Positions 62,386 to 64,000 of a DNA stretch of 64,000 bases are shown piece by piece (positions within the stretch are counted from its first letter, which is position 1; the number at the start of each line of letters is the position of its first letter). The stretch comes from Lama glama (taxonomy: Eukaryota): the NCBI GenBank assembly GCA_028534125.1, contig CM052832.1:24554001-24618000 (forward strand), written 5' to 3'. The translations under genes and the position numbers were made by a program. The notes under the pieces were generated by a model. The model did no database searches. It had not been told where the DNA came from and worked only from the letters and a program-made list of their open reading frames with translations.

Positions 62386-64000
62386 CAGTAAGAGCCGTGG
62401 CAGAACGTGCTGGATGTCTCTAAGTGCACAGGATGAGCAAGGTCCGTCTTCTCTTTAGTGTTTGACCAGCTTTTCATTGTAACCTCCCTTCCTTGCATAT
62501 CCAAAAAGTCCTGCCTGGAGAGGGATTCCCTTCTTCCCAGACCCCAAATTAAATAAAAGAATAGAAAGCCATCCCTGATGTCTCCTGCTGAATCCTGTCG
62601 ATTTGTCAGTGTGCCTCAATAGGAGGGCGGTGGCACCCTTCCAGGGAGCGTAGAGGATGTCCTTACTGAGTGAACACCTGATTAAGTTAACAGTGCTGAG
62701 CCAGGGCGAGGAGGAGCGGTTTGGCAGCCAAATTTCTGGCAGCTCATTCAGCGTCCTTAATATTCCACCGGCTTCGTGCCGGGCCCCGTGTGAGCCCCCC
62801 GAGGGCGGCTGTGGTGATCACTCAGCGTTTTGATGGAAAACAGCTGCAGGTAGCGAGCCATTCCCATGGTCCGTTTTGCTGGTGATTGGAAACGACGCAG
62901 GGGCATCTTGGATGCCACTGCGCAGCCTCACGCTGGATTAAAAAAACAATAATAATAAAGGTAGAAAGTAGGTTTCCCACTTGCTCTGTTTTTCAAAATG
63001 AGCCGTTCATCTTTGGAGGGTCAGAACTCAGCCACCCATTCAGTGAGTGTGAGTCATACCCCTAATTTTAAAACAAACATTTCAGAGCGAATTCTTACCC
63101 TGGCTGATGGTTCCAGCTCGTCTCCCTGTTCTTTCTACGCTTGATCTAGGCTGGTTTTAATAAAATTGTTGTCTTTGTAAATAGATACTCCGTCCAGCAA
63201 ACCCAAAGACGATCAGCAGCATTGCCTTGGGATTAAGGGGCGGACCGTCTGGACACGGTTTTGGGCAACAGACTGTGGGTTTTTAGGGGCCTTCCCGTGC
63301 GGCACGCATCCCTAACAGTGTCTCACACAGCGTACATTTACTTCTTGCTACGGGAAGTGTCCGGGATTCATCATCTCACATGAGAATTTGTGTGAGACAT
63401 GGAATCTCCAAGTGCAAGTGCCTTTCGGATACACCGTATTTCTTGTCCCTCTGTCATGAGTTCCCTTTCTGATCCAACACTGAACGATGACATCCAGAAA
63501 TTTAGAAGATCCAGAAACGCTTTGCCTTTTAGTAGCCAACTTCCAAGGGAGACCGGACAGCAGTAGACAGGCACAGGGTAAGAACAGTAAAGCAGAAAGA
63601 GGAAGGAACCCAGCCCTAGAATCCCACGGTGTTAAGAAATTCTGCCTGCGTCCAGCACAGGGAGTTTGCAGTCTCATGAGAAAGATGCATGAAAATAAAT
63701 TAAAAAAAAAATACAGCGACCACATTGTCTAAGAGCTGGCGAGCCTCGAAGAAGGAAGGGCTGGATGTGCAGCATGGCAGTGGTCGTGAGTGGCTTTGTC
63801 GAGATTTTAGGAATGATTACAAAGGGAAGTCGCCGTCAGGGGCCCACTGTGGCAAAGGCGTGGAGGAGGTGGCAGCGTTAGCCTGGGTGGGGGCTGCAGA
63901 CAGTCCCAGGATGGGGTGTGTATGTGATGAGGCATCTTGTGAATTTGCCTGTTCTGGGTACCGCATGTAAGTGGAATCGTGCAATGTTTGTCCTTTTGTG

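Noticed and set aside
1..64000. CRISPR array, operon or other prokaryote-type system
   Set aside because: The sequence is clearly mammalian, and no regularly spaced repeats or dense long ORFs were seen

Overview
Mammalian non-coding DNA, either a large intron or intergenic sequence. It is very probably from a camelid, based on one young tRNA-Ala-derived SINE of the Vic-1 type with a 21-bp target-site duplication, cetartiodactyl-type L1 3' ends, and no Alu, BovB/Bov-A, PRE-1 or Can-SINE elements seen. I recognise no protein-coding exon, RNA gene or host gene. The listed ORFs look like chance ORFs, and several overlap repeats. The window is full of ancient eutherian repeats: many MIR and L2 fragments, hAT and Tigger DNA transposon fossils (MER20 x2, MER5-group, MER63, MER8/Tigger2-like), two MaLR solo LTRs and several 5'-truncated L1s. 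The best leads are candidate regulatory modules in unique sequence, especially a dense GATA + NKX2-5 + T-box motif cluster at about 10.85-11.45 kb. I found no evidence for a novel gene system. Repeat families were assigned by eye from remembered consensus sequences, so boundaries are approximate unless a TSD or terminus is quoted.
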